The notes beneath the pieces are model-generated. The model made no database searches, was not told the DNA's origin, and saw only the letters and a program-made list of their open reading frames with translations. A program made the position numbers and the translations under genes. Of a DNA stretch of 64,000 nt, positions 46,458 to 57,100 are shown in pieces. The stretch is taken from NCBI GenBank assembly GCA_045862955.1, contig BTVI01000014.1, positions 12,992 to 76,991 of the forward strand, read 5' to 3'. Position 1 is the first letter of the stretch. Each line of letters begins with the position of its first letter. The DNA comes from Fimbriimonadales bacterium. GTDB lineage: Bacteria; Armatimonadota; Fimbriimonadia; Fimbriimonadales; JABRVX01.

Positions 46458-47156
46458 ATGAAGATCCGAACTCTCACTATCTTCGCCATGGTAGCTGCAG
46501 CTACGCTTGGCCGAGCGGCTGTCATCATGGACCAGATCGGTCCTAACAACAGCTATCAGTCCGGTAACATCCACGCGTCGCAGGACTTCGAGGCTGCGTT
46601 CGACGCTTACGACATCGGGACGCTCGACGACTTCACTACCACTTCGTCTGCGTTCAAGGTCACGCAGGTCGAGGCCGTCATCGGCTTCTGGAACGGTGGC
46701 ACGGGACCTGCAGGCATCACCCGCTATCGCCTGGAGTTCTACTCGAGCCCGGCAGCTGCAGGGTCGAGCCTGACGGGTGACGTGGCAAGTCTTTCCCTTG
46801 CGCCCGGTTCGGTGACTGTCACGCCTTGGAACCTCCCGAGCTACTATCAGCACCTCGTGACCATCTCGGGCCTGTCAGTGACCCTGAACCCGAACCAGAC
46901 GTACTGGGTCGCGCTCATTCCGGTGATGGACTTCTCGGGTTTTGGGCAGGTCGGCATCGCGGAGACCTCCAACTTCGCCGGGACCTTCCCGATGAACAAC
47001 AACAACGTCCAGGCCAACCCCAATGGTGGCTTCGGTATGGGCCGATACTGGACCGTGGGGACCAACTCGGCCTATCGCATCAACGCGGTTCCTGAGCCGG
47101 GTACGCTGGCGGTCCTCGGGCTGGGCCTCTTGGGTCTGATCCGACGCCGACGCTAG
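46458..47156 (+). CDS. PEP-CTERM sorting domain protein, more divergent paralog
   Basis: IMDQIGPNNSY, PNQTYWV, QANPNGGFG, AVPEPGTLAVLGLGLLGLIRRRR. Confidence 0.93.
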   Translation: MKIRTLTIFAMVAAATLGRAAVIMDQIGPNNSYQSGNIHASQDFEAAFDAYDIGTLDDFTTTSSAFKVTQVEAVIGFWNGGTGPAGITRYRLEFYSSPAAAGSSLTGDVASLSLAPGSVTVTPWNLPSYYQHLVTISGLSVTLNPNQTYWVALIPVMDFSGFGQVGIAETSNFAGTFPMNNNNVQANPNGGFGMGRYWTVGTNSAYRINAVPEPGTLAVLGLGLLGLIRRRR

Positions 47157-47198
47157 TCACCACCTAGGTGCGGGACCCAATTCCGGGTCCGATGTACG

Positions 47199-47229
47199 AA
47201 CGGGGCAGTTCGCACGAACTGCCCCGTTT
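47199..47229 (+). terminator. Intrinsic terminator-like hairpin after PEP-CTERM gene 3
   Basis: AACGGGGCAGTTCG-ca-CGAACTGCCCCGTTT. Confidence 0.65.
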
Positions 47230-47247
47230 GGCTCGACTCCCCTCCCC

Positions 47248-47555
47248 ATGCCCCGGCCCGCGTCTACCGGCAGGGCTTGCCGTGCCGAGGGAGCAGAGAA
47301 GCGCGGAGAGCATCTCCCATGCCCCGGCCCGCGTCCGCCGCCCAGCACCGACCTGCCCATGCCTCGATGTTTCGGCTGCGGGTCGCGGCAAAGCTCCGCT
47401 CTAGACCGCCTGCAGCAGCCGAACGTCGAGGCACAGAGAAGGACCGCGCCGGGGCACGAGTCGAGCCTCGACGTTCGGCTGCTTTGTTGGCGATGGACGT
47501 GCGGTTCAGTGCAATCGGCAGCCGAAACGTCTAGGCATGGAACCGCGCCGGGGCC
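47248..47555. repeat. Composite repeat, right flank of the PEP-CTERM cluster, with two inner hairpins
   Basis: Direct repeat of 43883-43998, plus GCCTCGA(T/C)GTT(T)CGGCTGC / GCAGCCGAA(A)CGTC(G/T)AGGCA pairs. Confidence 0.85.
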
Positions 47556-47673
47556 AAACTCCCAGCGGCCCTCGTCACGCGGCAGGAGCCCTGTGAGCAA
47601 CAGGAGACCGATCACCCGACGGGGAACGGAGGTTCCAGGACTGCGCAGAATGCCGCAAGTTGGAGGTGCATGG

Positions 47674-50463
47674 ATGCTGTTGCTCGCCATGGCTCTGCTC
47701 ACTGCTCGAGCGAACGGGCCGACTGCCGCCCTGCCTTGGTTCACCGAGGCCGACATCGTGGGTGCTCTTCGGTTGGCGGCACCCGCCGACCCGTTGCCGG
47801 CAGCCGACGGCACAGCAGGCAAGGGTGTGCAACTCGCACGCGAGTTCGCCATCGAAAACCCCCTCCTCAGCTCCGAACAGGGGCTCATCAGCTTCTGGGT
47901 CCGCCCGAACTGGGACGGCAACGACGGCAGACGCCATATCTTCCTGCGCCTGGGTGACCCCGACAAGAACGGCATCCTGGTGGAGAAGGCTGCGTCGGGC
48001 ATGCTGCGATACGTGATGGCATCTCCCGCCGCCGTGACCGTCGGAAGGACGGACGTGACCCACTGGCGCAAGGGCGAGTGGCACCAGATAGCCATCGGCT
48101 GGTATCGCAATGAGGAAGGAAAGCCCCTCGGCCTACCGCTTTGGGTGGACAAAGTGGCAAGGGATGGCCGCATTGCAGGCTACAACACCTTCTTCGACTC
48201 TCAGAGCATGACCGACCGACGGATCGTCATCGGCGACAGCACCGCGGATGCGGCGATGGACGAGCTGATTTTTCGGAGCAAGCTCTACGACAAACACCCG
48301 CCGGACCAGATCGAGACCATCTACCGCGACTGGTTCCTCACCGCACCGTTCTCGGCTATCAGCGTAGACCCCGAGCCTTGCTGCGTGCCTGCTGATAGAC
48401 GAGTGATCGCAGGGTATCAGAAGCAGTTCGGGCTGAAGGCGAGACTGCCGAGCGGATTCGAGCGCATCACCGACTTCGCGGTTCGCTATGGCCAGTGGTC
48501 CGAGTTCGATGCCAAGCCCTTCATTCGCTGGGGTGTGGACAAGCCCGAGATCGCCACGGTGGACGAGAACGGACTGGTGACCGGACACAAAGTCGGGCGG
48601 TGTCGCCTGACCGCGGAGTTCCGCTGGATGCGCGCAACGTATGACATCGAGGTGATACCCGCCGATCAGCCGGACCTGAGTGTGCTGTGGGTGGAGATGC
48701 TTCCTCGCTATCCCTGGGACCAAGCGAAGGATCGCCCATCGCCAGGGGAGACTGTGGAGACGGTGGTGCACATCGGAAACTACGGCTTCGCCCGCTCGGC
48801 CCCCGAGGTGTTCGTGCGCTTCGAACTGCTGCCGGACGCGAATCGGAACTTTCGCCTGGACGAAGGGGAGCGGGCGGTGGAGGTCGCGCTCGAGACGATA
48901 GGCTCCTTGACACCGCTCGAGCAGAAGACCGTACGGTTCTCCTGGCAGTGGCGCGAGGAGCCGACCTGGGTGCGAGTGACAGTGGATCCTACCCGCGCGT
49001 CGCAAGATCTCTGCTTACCTAACAACACCCGTTGCGACCTCAATATCGCGCGGCCCCTGCGCATGGCGTTTCCGCCGAAGGCGCGAGAGGATACCTACGC
49101 GGAGAAGAAGATCAACCTAGTCGGATCGTTCAACTACTACGACTGGGTGCATGCAGAGGTGCAGCGCTTGCAGGTGATGATGCAGGAGGCCGTCTACCCG
49201 ACCACCAGTCCCGATGGCATACGCGATGCCGTTCGGATCGACAACTTCTTCGATCTGCAAGGGGGCGAATGGGAGAAGGAACCTTGGGTGGTAAATGAGC
49301 GGTACTACGACGGCGGATTCCCCATCAACGAGCCGGTGAACCTGATGGCGATCGATTCTGCCATTATCCACGAGTTCGGGCATACCTGCCTCGCGCTGCC
49401 CGACCTATACGGCTACCCGGTGCGAGCCTGGAACGTGCTGCTGAAGGACGAGAACGGCGAGTCCTATGGCGGTGGCCCCCTGTTACCCGTAGTAGGTGCG
49501 GACGGCATCATCACGTTCTCGACCGCTAACGACGTTCCCTGTGCCGTTGGCTACACGCCGCTAATGGACTTCTGCCATTTGTGGTTCCACCCCGCTCACG
49601 CCGGACAAGTGCAGTACTTCGCGGGCTTTCGCGGCAGCCGCTTTTGGGGCGTACAAGGTCGCTTGATCCCGTGGAGGGAGCACTTTCTGCAGGTGTACGA
49701 TTTCGAAGACAAGCCACTGGTAGGTGCTGCGGTCTACATATACCACGTCACCCAGACCGATGCGCAGGACGCCACCACCAAGTTCTTCGCTGACAGGCCG
49801 AAATTTGTGGGTAACACCGACAAGGATGGCAGGTACCTCTTCCCGGAGACGACCGACGAGAGCTGGGACGATCCAGACACCGACCCGGTCGAAGGTGCCT
49901 GGCCAGTGTGGAATCCCTTCGGCCGTGCAAAGACGACCACCGGCGCACCACCGGACACAGCCTTTACACCCAACGTATGGACGGTGGAGGGGCTGCTCTT
50001 GATCAAGGTGGTATGCGGCGACCAGGTGGAGTTCGCATGGTTGTCGCTGACCGAGCTCAACGAGGCTTTCTTCCGCGGCGAGCGCATCCGCGGGGTGTAT
50101 CCGATCCGTACCAGCCTACGGCCTGTTAGTGGTACCACTCCCATCGTCCGTCGTGCGGTCCCCGAAGCCATTCGCGAAGTCAACAAGCGGCCGATTGCGG
50201 TGGTACCACCCGAGATCACGGTGCGGTGCGGAGAGGCGTTCGCGATCGACGCCTCCCAATGTAGCGATCCCGAGGGACAGCCGCTCGTCTACCGGTGGGT
50301 GCGTTCGTCAGGGAACGTCTCGCCCGTGTTCTGGACCGAGGCGAAGCTAGCTGGCACGGCGCCCGATGAGCCGGGAGAGGCAGAGTACAAGCTGTTAGTG
50401 ATTGACGGTCTTCGCGTCAGCGAGCCTGCGGTGGTGAAGCTCAGATTCGTGAAGGCCGACTAG
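47674..50463 (+). CDS. Large secreted multidomain protein: LamG-like, Ig-like (Big_2), CARDB-like, M6-like zinc metallopeptidase motif, PKD-like
   Basis: GLISFWVRPNW..WHQIA; IATVDENGLVTG; PDLSV..VTVDP..NN; IIHEFGHTCLALPDLY; IDASQCSDPEGQPLVYRW. GGAGG precedes the ATG at 47674. Confidence 0.75.
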   Translation: MLLLAMALLTARANGPTAALPWFTEADIVGALRLAAPADPLPAADGTAGKGVQLAREFAIENPLLSSEQGLISFWVRPNWDGNDGRRHIFLRLGDPDKNGILVEKAASGMLRYVMASPAAVTVGRTDVTHWRKGEWHQIAIGWYRNEEGKPLGLPLWVDKVARDGRIAGYNTFFDSQSMTDRRIVIGDSTADAAMDELIFRSKLYDKHPPDQIETIYRDWFLTAPFSAISVDPEPCCVPADRRVIAGYQKQFGLKARLPSGFERITDFAVRYGQWSEFDAKPFIRWGVDKPEIATVDENGLVTGHKVGRCRLTAEFRWMRATYDIEVIPADQPDLSVLWVEMLPRYPWDQAKDRPSPGETVETVVHIGNYGFARSAPEVFVRFELLPDANRNFRLDEGERAVEVALETIGSLTPLEQKTVRFSWQWREEPTWVRVTVDPTRASQDLCLPNNTRCDLNIARPLRMAFPPKAREDTYAEKKINLVGSFNYYDWVHAEVQRLQVMMQEAVYPTTSPDGIRDAVRIDNFFDLQGGEWEKEPWVVNERYYDGGFPINEPVNLMAIDSAIIHEFGHTCLALPDLYGYPVRAWNVLLKDENGESYGGGPLLPVVGADGIITFSTANDVPCAVGYTPLMDFCHLWFHPAHAGQVQYFAGFRGSRFWGVQGRLIPWREHFLQVYDFEDKPLVGAAVYIYHVTQTDAQDATTKFFADRPKFVGNTDKDGRYLFPETTDESWDDPDTDPVEGAWPVWNPFGRAKTTTGAPPDTAFTPNVWTVEGLLLIKVVCGDQVEFAWLSLTELNEAFFRGERIRGVYPIRTSLRPVSGTTPIVRRAVPEAIREVNKRPIAVVPPEITVRCGEAFAIDASQCSDPEGQPLVYRWVRSSGNVSPVFWTEAKLAGTAPDEPGEAEYKLLVIDGLRVSEPAVVKLRFVKAD

Positions 50464-50867
50464 TCCTCGCGCGGGCGGAAGTCGAGGCTCGCGGAGTTGA
50501 TGCAGTAGCGCAATCCGGTCGGTTCGGGACCGTCGGCGAACAGGTGCCCCAAGTGTCCGCCGCAGCGAGCGCACGTGGCTTCGATGCGGTGCATCCCGAA
50601 GCTGTGGTCCTCATGCAGTGCGATGCGCTCGCGATCCACTGCGTCCCAGAAGCTGGGCCACCCCGAGCCGGAGTCGTACTTGTGGTCGGAGCGGAACAGC
50701 TCGATGCCGCAGCCGCCGCAAACGTAGGCGCCGTGCCTTTTCTCGTTCCAATACGCTCCCGTGAATGCGGGTTCGGTTCCCTTACGTCTCAGTATGTCGT
50801 ATCGCTCGGGCCCCAGCTGCTCGAGCCACTCTTGCTCGGACTTGCGTTGGTACTCGATTTCCTGCAT
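50460..50867 (-). CDS. msrB: Peptide-methionine (R)-S-oxide reductase
   Basis: GTEPAFTG, CGGC, KYDSGSGWPSF, CARCGGHLGHLF.DGP.PTGLRYCINSAS. Confidence 0.97.
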   Translation of the reverse strand: MQEIEYQRKSEQEWLEQLGPERYDILRRKGTEPAFTGAYWNEKRHGAYVCGGCGIELFRSDHKYDSGSGWPSFWDAVDRERIALHEDHSFGMHRIEATCARCGGHLGHLFADGPEPTGLRYCINSASLDFRPRED

Positions 50868-50919
50868 GAAGCGTTCACCCCCCTGCTTCAGAACGCGGCG
50901 GATTGCCACATTGTTTCGA

Positions 50920-53900
50920 CTATCGCCTGCCTACTGCACTCAAGCCCACGTCTATGAACTGCCCACCCCCGGTCTGTCGGCAGGTCGCGGCGAGGAGATT
51001 CGGCCCTTGTCGGAGGGCCGCCACTGCTTCGGGTGGGAGTTTCACCCAGCGGTACCCGGTCAGGAAGCCTGTGCCCTCGAACACCTCGAGGCCGTTCAGG
51101 TAGACGGTGCAGTCCTCGTCGTGATGAACGTGCAGGTACACGGCCTCTGGCATCGGGCCGGAGTACTCGAATGTGCGCCTGATCCAGATGCTCGGTCCGT
51201 CCCATACGGTGCCGACGATTGCTCCGGGAGTGCCATGCTTTCCGAAGCCGGATCGCCCTTCGGGCCAGGCGGCGTCATCAAATCCGACCTCTTGCCAACC
51301 GTCGGTGGGCCTTGCCGTTGTATACCTCCACACCGCTCCTCCTTCCGGCGCAGCGGGTGATAGACTGAGAATTCGGTCCACATATCGGTCGGCAGCCACC
51401 GGGTCATCGGAGACCGCGTGGCCGACGGGGTCTCGAAAGGCGAGGTAAAGAGACGGGTCCATCGGGTAGCGGCCCATCTTAGCTCCATATACTGCCACAC
51501 CGCCTGCAACCGCTTCGGGTACGTGAAGTTCTATCTCGATCCTCCCGGTCTCGAGTGCCAGTTGCCTGATCTCGGACAGCGCGCGCGCATCGGCTCGCGC
51601 TTCCATGAGATAGCCATAAGAGCCGCGTTCGACTTCCGCCCAATGCGACAACACACCGCGCGCATCGGCGGGATCGTCAGGCAACTGCCAGGTTGCCACG
51701 TGCACGCCGTTGATGCGGACATCCACCGCGCTCGGATACTTCGTGCCGTCGGTCTGTGGGTAGTCCTGAGGGTTGACGCGTTCGGGCCAATCCACCTTCT
51801 CGCGTCCTGCCTTGGCGGCTACCTCACACACGAAGCGCAGGGACTCCAGATTCTGGATGGGCAAGTTCTTCGGGACTGCAATCACGTAGTGAAGGGTGCC
51901 CGCCCCGAGGCCGTAGTGCTTGCTGGCGACCGGCGGATCGGGAGAGCCGTTTCGCGAGAACTCGCTGTGGGCCCAGTCTTCGGGCCGAAAGCGAAGGGTG
52001 ACACTGCGCCCGCCTTCGGCCTGCATGCGTGGAAGAGACGCCGGGTCCCCCACGAGCCACTGTGTGTAGTTGCGATGCAACGCCGTGCCTTCCGCTGACA
52101 CCAGCTTGGTTGCCAGTGTTAGGATGCCCGTACGGCGCGGACCATCGAAGCGGATGTCGCCCTGCGGGATGAGTGATCCTTGCGCTCCACCCGTTACTGC
52201 CTGAACACCCTTTGCTACCGACGACGAGGTGCCCTCGCTGTCCAGTATGGTGGCCTCCCACTCGAGCTTCGCCCCCACGAGCGAGCGCTGCGAGAAGTGG
52301 CTGAGCAGAACGGGTACGCTCACATTCTCGCCGGGTGCCAGGTGCTTTATTGCCGGCACGTCGAGCACGATGAAGTCGTCTGCGAACAGATCTCGCACAC
52401 GCATCCCCGGACACCAGGCCTCGAACCCCATCTCTTTCGGTGACCGGTCGTAGTTGTATACGCCGTTGTGCTCCCACTCGATGTCCGTCAGCTCGGTGTA
52501 GGTAAGACCACACATCCGGTCCAGGCCACGCATGGCATTGGTGACAGCTAGAGTGCCCCACGTCCAGTCCCCGTCGCCATCGCCGGCAGACACGTAACCG
52601 TACTCGTTGTTGATGAACGGCTCTCCCCGTTGCCTACGTTCAGCGATGTAGTTCCAACCGCTGCCTTCACGAATCTCGCGCGCGTTCACGCCCTGGTAGT
52701 GCCTACGAAAACCGTCCACGTCGCGACCGTACCAGTGGTACGAGTTGAGATCGGTGATTAGGTGAGACCACCCGGTATTGTCCTGGATCAGGCGGGTAGG
52801 GTCGAGTTCCTTGGCCAGGTGGAACATCTTCTCCACCCAATCCACGCGATGCTCACGCGACTCCCTAGTGAGGTTCCAGATGCCCCACTCCTCGTTGAAC
52901 ACCGTCCAGCCATAGATGCATGGGTGGTTGTAGTCGCGCTCGATCTGCTCTCTCATGCCCCGCTCGAAGCGTGCTCGCGCCGCTTCGGTCACCTCGTAGA
53001 AACATGGTATGTCAGCCTGGATGAGAATCCCCAGCTTGTCCGCCCAGTAGAGGCGGCGCGGCTCTTCGGCCTTGATGTGGATGCGCAACACGTTGAAGCC
53101 CGCCGCTTTGGCCAGCTCGATGTCCCGACGCATGAATGTGTCGGTAGGTGCGGTGTAGATACCTTCTGGATTGAAAGACTGGTCTAGCGCCCCGCTAGTG
53201 AACACTGGTCGCCCGTTTAGCAGTATCTGGGAGAAGTCCTTGCCGGGTACCTTCTCCCACGCAATGGTGCGGATCCCGAAGTAGGTGTGAACCACGTCGA
53301 GGTCCTTGCCGCCTGCATCGCGCAGGCGAATCCTCACTGCATACAGGTTGGGCTGCTCAGGGGACCAGAGGCGCGGTGAGGCGACTCTCAGCTCCCCGGT
53401 TGCACTCCCATCCCTCGCTTGCAAGCTCAGCGGCGCAAACGCCTTTTCCTTCGATTCGATCACCACACTGGCAGCTCGCGACACGTCGCCACCGAATCGC
53501 ATAGCGAGATGGACGATGCCGGTCGGAGCGTGCTTGTCGTCCGCCAGGGGGGTCAGCCGCAGCGTGCTTAGCCAGGCCGGGCCCGTCGTCTCCAACCACA
53601 CCGGCTGCCAGATGCCACTGGTGGAAGTGTACCAACTGGGAATCTGCTTGCCGATCGGCGTGCTCGGGTCCGTGACGTCGTACACCCTCACGACTAGCAG
53701 GTTTGCCCTGTCGAAACGCAGACAGTCCGTTACATCGAGACGGAACTCCGAGTAGCCACCTTCATGCGTGCCAACCTGCTTACCGTTCACCCACACGGTG
53801 GCATGCCAGTCCACGGCGCCGAAGCACAGGTGCGTGCGTCTACCCTTCCAGCTCTTGGGAATGGTGAACTCGCGGCGGTACCACGCCACGCCGTCGTAGT

Positions 53901-54147
53901 CCGGTCGCTCGATGCCGCTTAGTTTGCTCTCCCACGGGAACGGCACCAGAATGACACGATCATACGGACCTCTGCCCGGCTCGTACCACTGATCGCGCGA
54001 CCCCTCGTCCTTCGGGTCGAAGCAAAACTGCCAGTTTCCGTTGAGCGTCTGCCACTGTGTCCTGCCGAAGTCCGGCCGTGGGTGCTCGGGCCTCGGCAAT
54101 GCCGCGTCGGCCGTAGTAGTCAGCGCGAGAAGGATCGCCATCACCAC
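50920..54147 (-). CDS. Glycoside hydrolase family 2, secreted, with C-terminal accessory domains
   Basis: EHPRPDF, LNGNWQF, FGAVDW, SGIWQPVWLE, LWSPEQPNLY, RIHIK, NHPCI..WTVFNEEWG, NEYG. Confidence 0.92.
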   Translation of the reverse strand: MVMAILLALTTTADAALPRPEHPRPDFGRTQWQTLNGNWQFCFDPKDEGSRDQWYEPGRGPYDRVILVPFPWESKLSGIERPDYDGVAWYRREFTIPKSWKGRRTHLCFGAVDWHATVWVNGKQVGTHEGGYSEFRLDVTDCLRFDRANLLVVRVYDVTDPSTPIGKQIPSWYTSTSGIWQPVWLETTGPAWLSTLRLTPLADDKHAPTGIVHLAMRFGGDVSRAASVVIESKEKAFAPLSLQARDGSATGELRVASPRLWSPEQPNLYAVRIRLRDAGGKDLDVVHTYFGIRTIAWEKVPGKDFSQILLNGRPVFTSGALDQSFNPEGIYTAPTDTFMRRDIELAKAAGFNVLRIHIKAEEPRRLYWADKLGILIQADIPCFYEVTEAARARFERGMREQIERDYNHPCIYGWTVFNEEWGIWNLTRESREHRVDWVEKMFHLAKELDPTRLIQDNTGWSHLITDLNSYHWYGRDVDGFRRHYQGVNAREIREGSGWNYIAERRQRGEPFINNEYGYVSAGDGDGDWTWGTLAVTNAMRGLDRMCGLTYTELTDIEWEHNGVYNYDRSPKEMGFEAWCPGMRVRDLFADDFIVLDVPAIKHLAPGENVSVPVLLSHFSQRSLVGAKLEWEATILDSEGTSSSVAKGVQAVTGGAQGSLIPQGDIRFDGPRRTGILTLATKLVSAEGTALHRNYTQWLVGDPASLPRMQAEGGRSVTLRFRPEDWAHSEFSRNGSPDPPVASKHYGLGAGTLHYVIAVPKNLPIQNLESLRFVCEVAAKAGREKVDWPERVNPQDYPQTDGTKYPSAVDVRINGVHVATWQLPDDPADARGVLSHWAEVERGSYGYLMEARADARALSEIRQLALETGRIEIELHVPEAVAGGVAVYGAKMGRYPMDPSLYLAFRDPVGHAVSDDPVAADRYVDRILSLSPAAPEGGAVWRYTTARPTDGWQEVGFDDAAWPEGRSGFGKHGTPGAIVGTVWDGPSIWIRRTFEYSGPMPEAVYLHVHHDEDCTVYLNGLEVFEGTGFLTGYRWVKLPPEAVAALRQGPNLLAATCRQTGGGQFIDVGLSAVGRR

Positions 54148-54178
54148 ACCATGCCTCCTGGGGTAGAGAAGTATGTCG

Positions 54179-57100
54179 TCACTGGAGACGGACCTCCAGC
54201 TTTCCGAGGTCTGGGCGCGTAGCGGCGAGCTTTCCGTCCACGTACACGCTGAACCCTTTGCGAGAACCAGCGTAGCGCCCGTCCGGATCGAATACTATCG
54301 ACAAGTCGCGCCCGTGGTAGCGCAGCCTGTCGAGGCGAAAGTGCTTCAGGCCGCAAGGAAGGGGCTCGATGGTCAGCGTGTCTTCCTCCGAGGGTATTAG
54401 CCCTACCACATGCCGGATGATGAGGTCGTTGTAGGTGCTGTGGAAGTAGTCATAGCACCCCCAGCCCGCTCCCGTCTCGCCGTGGTAGTACTCTTGGATC
54501 ATGGGGCGGTTCGGGTCCCCGCCCTCGAAGTGAAGCAGAGTGAAGCGCTCCAGGAATCGGCGATACACGTCCGGCTCCAACCACTCCAAGGACGGGTACT
54601 CCCGGATGCCGTTGGCGATGGCGTTCGCGATCAGGCTGTTCGCGTGCGGCCACGTCGGTCCGTTCCACATGCAACCGGTGTGGATGCCCCCTCTTGCAGG
54701 CCAGTTCTCTTGCGCGGGCGTGTAGGCGGGGCACTTCTTGGACACCGTTGCCAAGGGAAACGGATTCCAGAAGTACTCCGGGTCGGCAAGGAACCGATAC
54801 GCTCTGGAGAACTCGGGCAGAGGCGGAGCCAGCCCGAACACGAACGGATAGAACCCCACGATCTCTTGGCACTTGGCCTCCGCATCGTCCTGCTCGCGAA
54901 TCGCGTAGAACCACGCATCCGCCGAGTTCCACAGCTTGGCGAGCGCGGCCTCTCGGATGTCCTGCGCGATGCGATCCATGTTGCGTGCCTCTTCGGGCTT
55001 CTGCAGTGTGCGATAGGCAGCCGCCGTCGCGCGGGCGTTGCCATAGTGGTAGGCTACGAGGTCGGCTCGCTCCAGCTTCGCCTCTGGCTTCGAGTTGTCA
55101 TAGTCGTTGAAGTAGAAGAAGGCGGGCTGCCACTCCATGCCAGTGGGCCAGTGGCTAGGTGGCGAGCACAGATTGTCCTTGTCCGAGTCGAACTCGACGA
55201 AGTGCCCGCGAACGTCGGCTGCCATCGCGCCCACGGCCTCTTCCAAGAACTTCCTGTCCGGATGAACCTGATAAGCGCCCCACAGGGAGAAGGGTAGCCA
55301 GTTCGTGTACCACCCACCCAGCCAGTTCGTCCGAACCGATTGGAACACGCCGTTCGAGTCAGCGTTCTGCGTATGGTTTCGCGCTTGCCCGAAGGCATAC
55401 CGCGCATCTCGCAGCCATCGGACCTCGTCGATGATGTGCGGGCTGGAGTACGCGATCTGAGTGGGGTACCACCCGCCGTGCATCCCCTCGAAGAAACAAT
55501 CGTAGCGCAGGCGTCCCGTGTTGGCGCGAGATAAGCAGTGACGCGCAACGAACCATCGGTAGGCCCACAGCTTCGTCATGTAGGGATCGGAACAATCGAA
55601 CGCGGGGCAGTTGTCGTCGAACCACTTCTGGTACTGAGCAACGTGCTTGGTCACGGGATCGGCGGTGTTGAGCCACGCCCCCAGACGTCTTTCTGCTACG
55701 TCCTGTGTTTCGGCGACCGCACAGCCTATCACGATCCGCTGGGTCTCGCCGGACCGCAGCCGCACGAGCCGGCGGAGCGTGTCCGCACTGCCCATTACGA
55801 AGCCTGACCCCCCGCAGACCACTTCGGCTGGGACATCGTGAAATTGGTGCGACCCGACCAGACGATCCTTCGAGCCCTGAGGCGTGCTAACTTGCAGCGC
55901 TACGGCGACCACGACTGGCGCGACGGGTGTGCCACCGTCCTGCAACACGATTGCCTTTAGCAGCTTGTCTGTTGCGACCGGGAACGAGAGGTTGCGCAGT
56001 GACGCCCACCACGTCGCCTCTGGACCGGTTAGGAACACGGGGAACGAGGTAGTGGTACCGTCGCCATAACGGAGCACCACGGTCATATCCGCGTTTCCGG
56101 CAGCTCCGGCCTGGTCGCTGCGTACGAAGCCACCGATTCCGCCGAGTAGGTGAACGGCTATCGCACCCTGGGCCTGTGTCACGGGAATCTCTACACGATC
56201 CGGACGGCGTGGTCCCTTCTCGCCACGCAACACGATGATCGCTCGGCCTGCAGTGTTCCACGGTGCCAGAGTGTCGTACTCCACCGGGCCGACGCGGATC
56301 TTTCCTGGGACATACTGAACCTGCTCGCTCTGCTCCCGTCGGTATGCGGTGTGAGGTGTATCGGGTGGATCGTGCAGTCCTTCGGTAAGATAGAAGCCGT
56401 CGAAGTTAGTATTGTTCCCTGCGCGCGTGGAGTGAAAACGAATCGCGTGCACCCCTGCGGACATAGCTGGCAGTGTCACGCGAACCCAATAGTAGTGCTC
56501 GTCCTGCTCGCCCCACCCACCGGTTTGCGGCGGTGTGATCGTACCGACTTCCTTTCCGTCGAGGAGCACCTGCCATAGGGCTGCTTTGCCGTCCCCAGGC
56601 GACTCGTGCCGTGCAACCCGCACCAGGATGCTAGGCCTTTCGAGGGCCGGCGTCGCCAGGCGATACTCGACCCAGTGGTCGGCCGAGCCACCGAACCCCA
56701 TGCCTAACACCAGTCCCCCCGAAGCAGACGCCTTGCGGTCCTCGCCGCCGAACCCTCGGATAGCGGAATATGCCTCCGCCTCCCGCCAGAGCCGGAAATT
56801 GCTGGTTTCACCGGTGAACAGCTCGCCCTTCGGGTACGGATCGGCGTTGGCCACGCTGCGTATACTAACTGGGCGATACACCGCACCGAGACGGGCCGCC
56901 TGCCCCGCGATGCCACTGCGCAATCGGACATCGAGCGACTTAGGCTCGGACGAGGTGTTAGTCACCTCGACGACGTCCAGGAACACGTCATCGTCCGTGA
57001 TCATCTTCCGCTCGCGTACCGACACACCCAAGGACTCCCATCGCACCTCGACATGGCTGGGACGCCAGGTGGCGTGCCGGTTCGAGGGAGACAGATCGTG

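Noticed and set aside
47248..47673. 142-aa N-terminal extension of the large secreted protein
   Set aside because: It lies in repeat sequence; GGAGG and a hydrophobic leader support ATG 47674.
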